Source of the DNA: an uncultured Bacteroidota bacterium
GTDB lineage: Bacteria; Bacteroidota; Bacteroidia; UKL13-3
DNA length: 64,000 bases
Assembly (NCBI GenBank): GCA_903927505.1
Contig: CAIYNF010000128.1
Coordinates: forward strand, 39,636-103,635
Direction: 5' to 3'
The position numbers were made by a program, and so were the translations under genes. Under the pieces are notes generated by a model, which worked only from the letters and a program-made list of their open reading frames with translations, searched no databases and was not told the origin of the DNA. The stretch's first letter is position 1. Every line of letters starts with the position of its first letter. Below are positions 60,694 through 64,000 of this stretch, in pieces.

Positions 60694-62046
60694 TTATTTC
60701 TTGGTAAACCTGTATATGGCTACTTGATTTACATTAATATTACCATCGCGCACAATAGCCAATTCATTTCCGCTTGGATCAATGTCAATGTCTAATACCT
60801 CACAGGTGCTTTTATCGCAATAGGGTTTAAGTATAGTAGCTATTTGAAGTTTCTTAATTCTGCTATACAATTCATCATTGTCTACGCAAAATCCATCCAA
60901 ATTTAAGCCCTCAAAATTGCCCATTTGAATGGCGTTCATAGCTAAATTACCATTGGCATCAAATAAACACAACTGGTTAATGGCTTCCTCCTGTAAATTG
61001 GTTCGCCCTTTTACAATGCTTACCTGAATTTGCTGACCATTCTGTATAATAACTGGTGGATTTGGAACAGATATTCCATCATTCTCAATGAGGTGATACT
61101 TCTCGTTTTGAAGTATATTTAACTCCTTATACCAAAACAAGCGCATCACATTAGAATTGAGTTCCATACCATAATTGGCAACCATAAAACCAGGTTTGTC
61201 ATCTCTATTAATTAGTCCACTAACCACAAAGGATTGCAAACTTGTATTTAGACTTAGGGTAGCTTCTTTTCCTATTAAATTTGTATTTGGTAATAAAAAA
61301 TTATCCAAAAGCAATTCCCTAAATAGCCCAAAATTCTCGTCATAAAAGGCAATATGATAGGCAATTGCACTTGGATCATATTCCGAATTAGAACCTTTTC
61401 TGGCAAGGATAAAGTACCCCATACTCTCACCCAAAAATGTCCAATTACCTGTAAAAGCCATTTTTTCCAATGGATTGGCACTTGGCAAGGCAATGTCAAT
61501 CTCTGTTAAAATATCCTCTTTTTGCTCAATTAAATGAATTTGATAAATGTGCAACTGTTGGCGACCATCATAAACTTCAAAAATCATTTGACCCATAGAG
61601 GTGAAATAAATTTTGCTTATTAAGTCTTGGTTCAAACCAATTTGTTCTAAATCAAATTTCTTATTGGCAATTTCTTTTCCAGCATAATCCAAAACCCTTA
61701 CATGGTATTTTGTGCTTAATCTGTCTACCACAAAAATATTATTTTTTGAAGCATGCAAACTAAAATTACCTGTACTGGTTACTTTAAAATTAGCACGTTT
61801 AACTAGGTCTTTACTGTAGTAATAGACATTGTTAAGGATGCTTGCGCTGCTACCAGCACCAGCATCTGCATCCTTATCTTTATTAAAAACTAGGGCAAAT
61901 CCATTTTCATCTAAATCAAAATATTGATTGCAATAACCACCTGCAGAATGTTTATCTAAAATTATTTTTGATTGTGCAAATACATTTGAAAAAATTGACA
62001 AAAATGCCAATAGTAAAAGAGCTTGGGGTAGAAATTTGTTTTTCAT
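60694..62046 (-). CDS. secreted hypothetical protein
   Basis: Signal peptide MKNKFLPQALLLLAFLSIFSNVFAQ. The ORF track starts at a TTG at 62061; the ATG at 62046 is preferred. Confidence 0.45.
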   Translation of the reverse strand: MKNKFLPQALLLLAFLSIFSNVFAQSKIILDKHSAGGYCNQYFDLDENGFALVFNKDKDADAGAGSSASILNNVYYYSKDLVKRANFKVTSTGNFSLHASKNNIFVVDRLSTKYHVRVLDYAGKEIANKKFDLEQIGLNQDLISKIYFTSMGQMIFEVYDGRQQLHIYQIHLIEQKEDILTEIDIALPSANPLEKMAFTGNWTFLGESMGYFILARKGSNSEYDPSAIAYHIAFYDENFGLFRELLLDNFLLPNTNLIGKEATLSLNTSLQSFVVSGLINRDDKPGFMVANYGMELNSNVMRLFWYKELNILQNEKYHLIENDGISVPNPPVIIQNGQQIQVSIVKGRTNLQEEAINQLCLFDANGNLAMNAIQMGNFEGLNLDGFCVDNDELYSRIKKLQIATILKPYCDKSTCEVLDIDIDPSGNELAIVRDGNINVNQVAIYRFTKK

Positions 62047-62061
62047 AAGGTCTACATACAA

Positions 62062-63540
62062 TTAGTTTTTACGTTTCAACTGCCAATTACTGCCAGCGTT
62101 TTCAATTGGCTTGGCTATATTGGCTTCTTGTTGAAAGAAGATTCCTCCTGCGCTATAAGCTGCTGCAGCACTAATTTCAGGCAAATGTTTTTTAAGAAGT
62201 TCAGGACTAAAATAGTTTTCAATAAATTTGGTGTCAAATTTACCTTTTACAAAAGCTTCATGGTGCATGGCAAAATTTCCAAAGCTCAATGTTGTTTCAA
62301 TACCGCTAATTTGATAATCGGCAATAGCTCTAATCATACGCTGAATAGCTTCTTCACGTGTTGCTCCAAAAACAATTAACTTAGCAATCATAGGGTCGTA
62401 TTGAATTGGAATTTCCATTCCTGCTTCAAAACTATCATCAACCCGCACACCATAACCTTGAGGTGTTTTATAGCTAATTAATTTACCAATATCTGGTAAA
62501 AAATTATTCATTGGATCCTCTGCACATACGCGCAATTCAATAGCATGGCCTTTTATACTTAAATCTTCTTGCGCATATCCCAATGTTTCACCACGCGCAA
62601 TGCGAATTTGCTCTTTCACCAAGTCTAAGCCAACAATTTGTTCTGTAACTGGATGTTCCACTTGCAAACGGGTATTCATTTCTAGGAAATAAAAGTTCAA
62701 GCTTTCATCCACTAAAAACTCCACAGTTCCAGCTCCGTAATAATTTGAAGCTTTTGCAACATTAACTGCTGCCTCGCCCATTTGTTTTCTTACTTCAGGC
62801 GTTAAGCAACTAGATGGTGCTTCCTCAATTAGTTTTTGATGTCTTCGTTGAATACTGCACTCACGCTCAAAAAGGTAAACAATATTACCATGTTGATCGC
62901 CCAAAATTTGTATTTCAATATGCTTAGGCGAACCAACATATTTCTCAATAAATACGCTATCGTCACCAAAAGAAGTGAGGGCCTCAGATTGAGCCAAACG
63001 AATGGCTTCTTCAAATTCACTTTCAGCATTTACCACACGCATTCCTTTACCACCGCCGCCTGCAGAGGCTTTCACCAAAACAGGATAACCAATGTTATTG
63101 GCAATTTTCTTTGCTTCGGTAACATCTCTTAAAGCCTCCTGCGTGCCAGGAACCAATGGAACATTGAATTTTGAGACCGCTTGTTTGGCCCCAATTTTAC
63201 TGCCCATCACCTCCATGCTTTCGGCAGAAGGCCCAATAAAAATCAATCCTGCCTCTTTTACTTTGCGGGCAAAATTTGCGTTCTCACTTAAAAAACCATA
63301 TCCCGGATGAATGGCGTCTGCGCCTGTTTCTAAGGCAACAGAAATAATTTTATCACCTAATAAATAACTTTGAGCGCTAGGAGGTGGGCCTATACAAACA
63401 GCTTCATCAGCATAGCGCACATGCAAAGCTTTACGATCGGCTTCACTAAAAACAGCTACGGTTTTAATACCCATTTCTTTGGCAGTGCGCATAACACGCA
63501 AAGCAATTTCACCTCTATTGGCTATTAATATTTTCTTCAT
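62062..63540 (-). CDS. accC: acetyl-CoA carboxylase biotin carboxylase subunit
   Basis: MKKILIANRGEIALRV and the ATP-grasp biotin carboxylase motifs. Confidence 0.9.
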   Translation of the reverse strand: MKKILIANRGEIALRVMRTAKEMGIKTVAVFSEADRKALHVRYADEAVCIGPPPSAQSYLLGDKIISVALETGADAIHPGYGFLSENANFARKVKEAGLIFIGPSAESMEVMGSKIGAKQAVSKFNVPLVPGTQEALRDVTEAKKIANNIGYPVLVKASAGGGGKGMRVVNAESEFEEAIRLAQSEALTSFGDDSVFIEKYVGSPKHIEIQILGDQHGNIVYLFERECSIQRRHQKLIEEAPSSCLTPEVRKQMGEAAVNVAKASNYYGAGTVEFLVDESLNFYFLEMNTRLQVEHPVTEQIVGLDLVKEQIRIARGETLGYAQEDLSIKGHAIELRVCAEDPMNNFLPDIGKLISYKTPQGYGVRVDDSFEAGMEIPIQYDPMIAKLIVFGATREEAIQRMIRAIADYQISGIETTLSFGNFAMHHEAFVKGKFDTKFIENYFSPELLKKHLPEISAAAAYSAGGIFFQQEANIAKPIENAGSNWQLKRKN

Positions 63541-63742
63541 GGTATTTCAATCTAAAAAACAAAATTAGTATAATTTATTTAGAGGCATGTATATTCCAAT
63601 AACTAGTAGTTAACATTTAGACCGCCATATGTAAAGAAAAAACTATTTATCATGATGTTTATTATTTGTTAATGCGAATAAACTACATTCCCAACTAATT
63701 TAATATAAGCCTTAGTAAGCTTATGCATATAATTAAACAACT

Positions 63743-64000
63743 ATGAAACTAATCAAATTTCACAGCGAGGAAATTCATCAAAAAGATTTTGCCAAAGAGC
63801 TTCGCGCCAATGTAAATGCATATTTTAAAGATAATAACCTTTCACCAAAAGGTAATTATATGATGGTAATAAAAACTATTTCAGTTTATGCTTTATATGT
63901 TTTGCCTATTTTAGCTATTTACTACTTTCAGTTATCTTTTCTTTGGACCTTATTAATGTTTATACTAGCTGGGATAGGAACTGCAGGGGTGGGCATGAGT
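63743..64000 (+). CDS. putative fatty-acid desaturase family membrane protein (5' fragment; runs off the window)
   Basis: An N-terminal cytoplasmic region followed by hydrophobic helices (YALYVLPILAIYYF...). The annotation is tentative. Confidence 0.35.
   Translation, partial: MKLIKFHSEEIHQKDFAKELRANVNAYFKDNNLSPKGNYMMVIKTISVYALYVLPILAIYYFQLSFLWTLLMFILAGIGTAGVGMS

Overview
This 64-kb window looks like a chromosomal segment from a low-GC Bacteroidota genome (Flavobacteriia/Sphingobacteriia-like). The evidence is T9SS-type C-terminal sorting domains, a Bacteroidetes-style -7 promoter box, eno followed by an ftsB-like gene, and many lipoproteins and TTG starts. Most of the window is housekeeping genes: sufCB, fbp, hppD-hmgA, a CBS-domain gene, pepT, carA, eno, tRNA-His, sod, gyrB, sucC, tsaC, queA, ispD and accC. 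Interleaved are at least five T9SS-sorted cargo proteins (an FN3-repeat protein, a PAD/agmatine-deiminase-family enzyme, two tandem beta-propeller paralogs and an EEP nuclease/phosphatase). There is a compact SOS-type mutagenesis module: an XRE-HTH/S24 LexA-like repressor, a DinB-like Y-family polymerase and a DnaE2-like polymerase. All three are preceded by the same palindromic operator candidate, GTTAAT-N3-ATTAAC. A seven-gene, co-directional, tightly packed cluster of signal-peptide proteins of unknown function lies at 31.6-36.7 kb. The most unusual signal is a palindromic decamer, GGTTCGAACC, present in at least 9 exact and about 7 one-mismatch copies. Far less than one copy is expected by chance. 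The copies sit in all three reading frames of unrelated genes and in intergenic DNA, which points to selection at the DNA level (a HIP/uptake-sequence-like element). No transposases, integrases, CRISPR arrays or rRNA genes were found.
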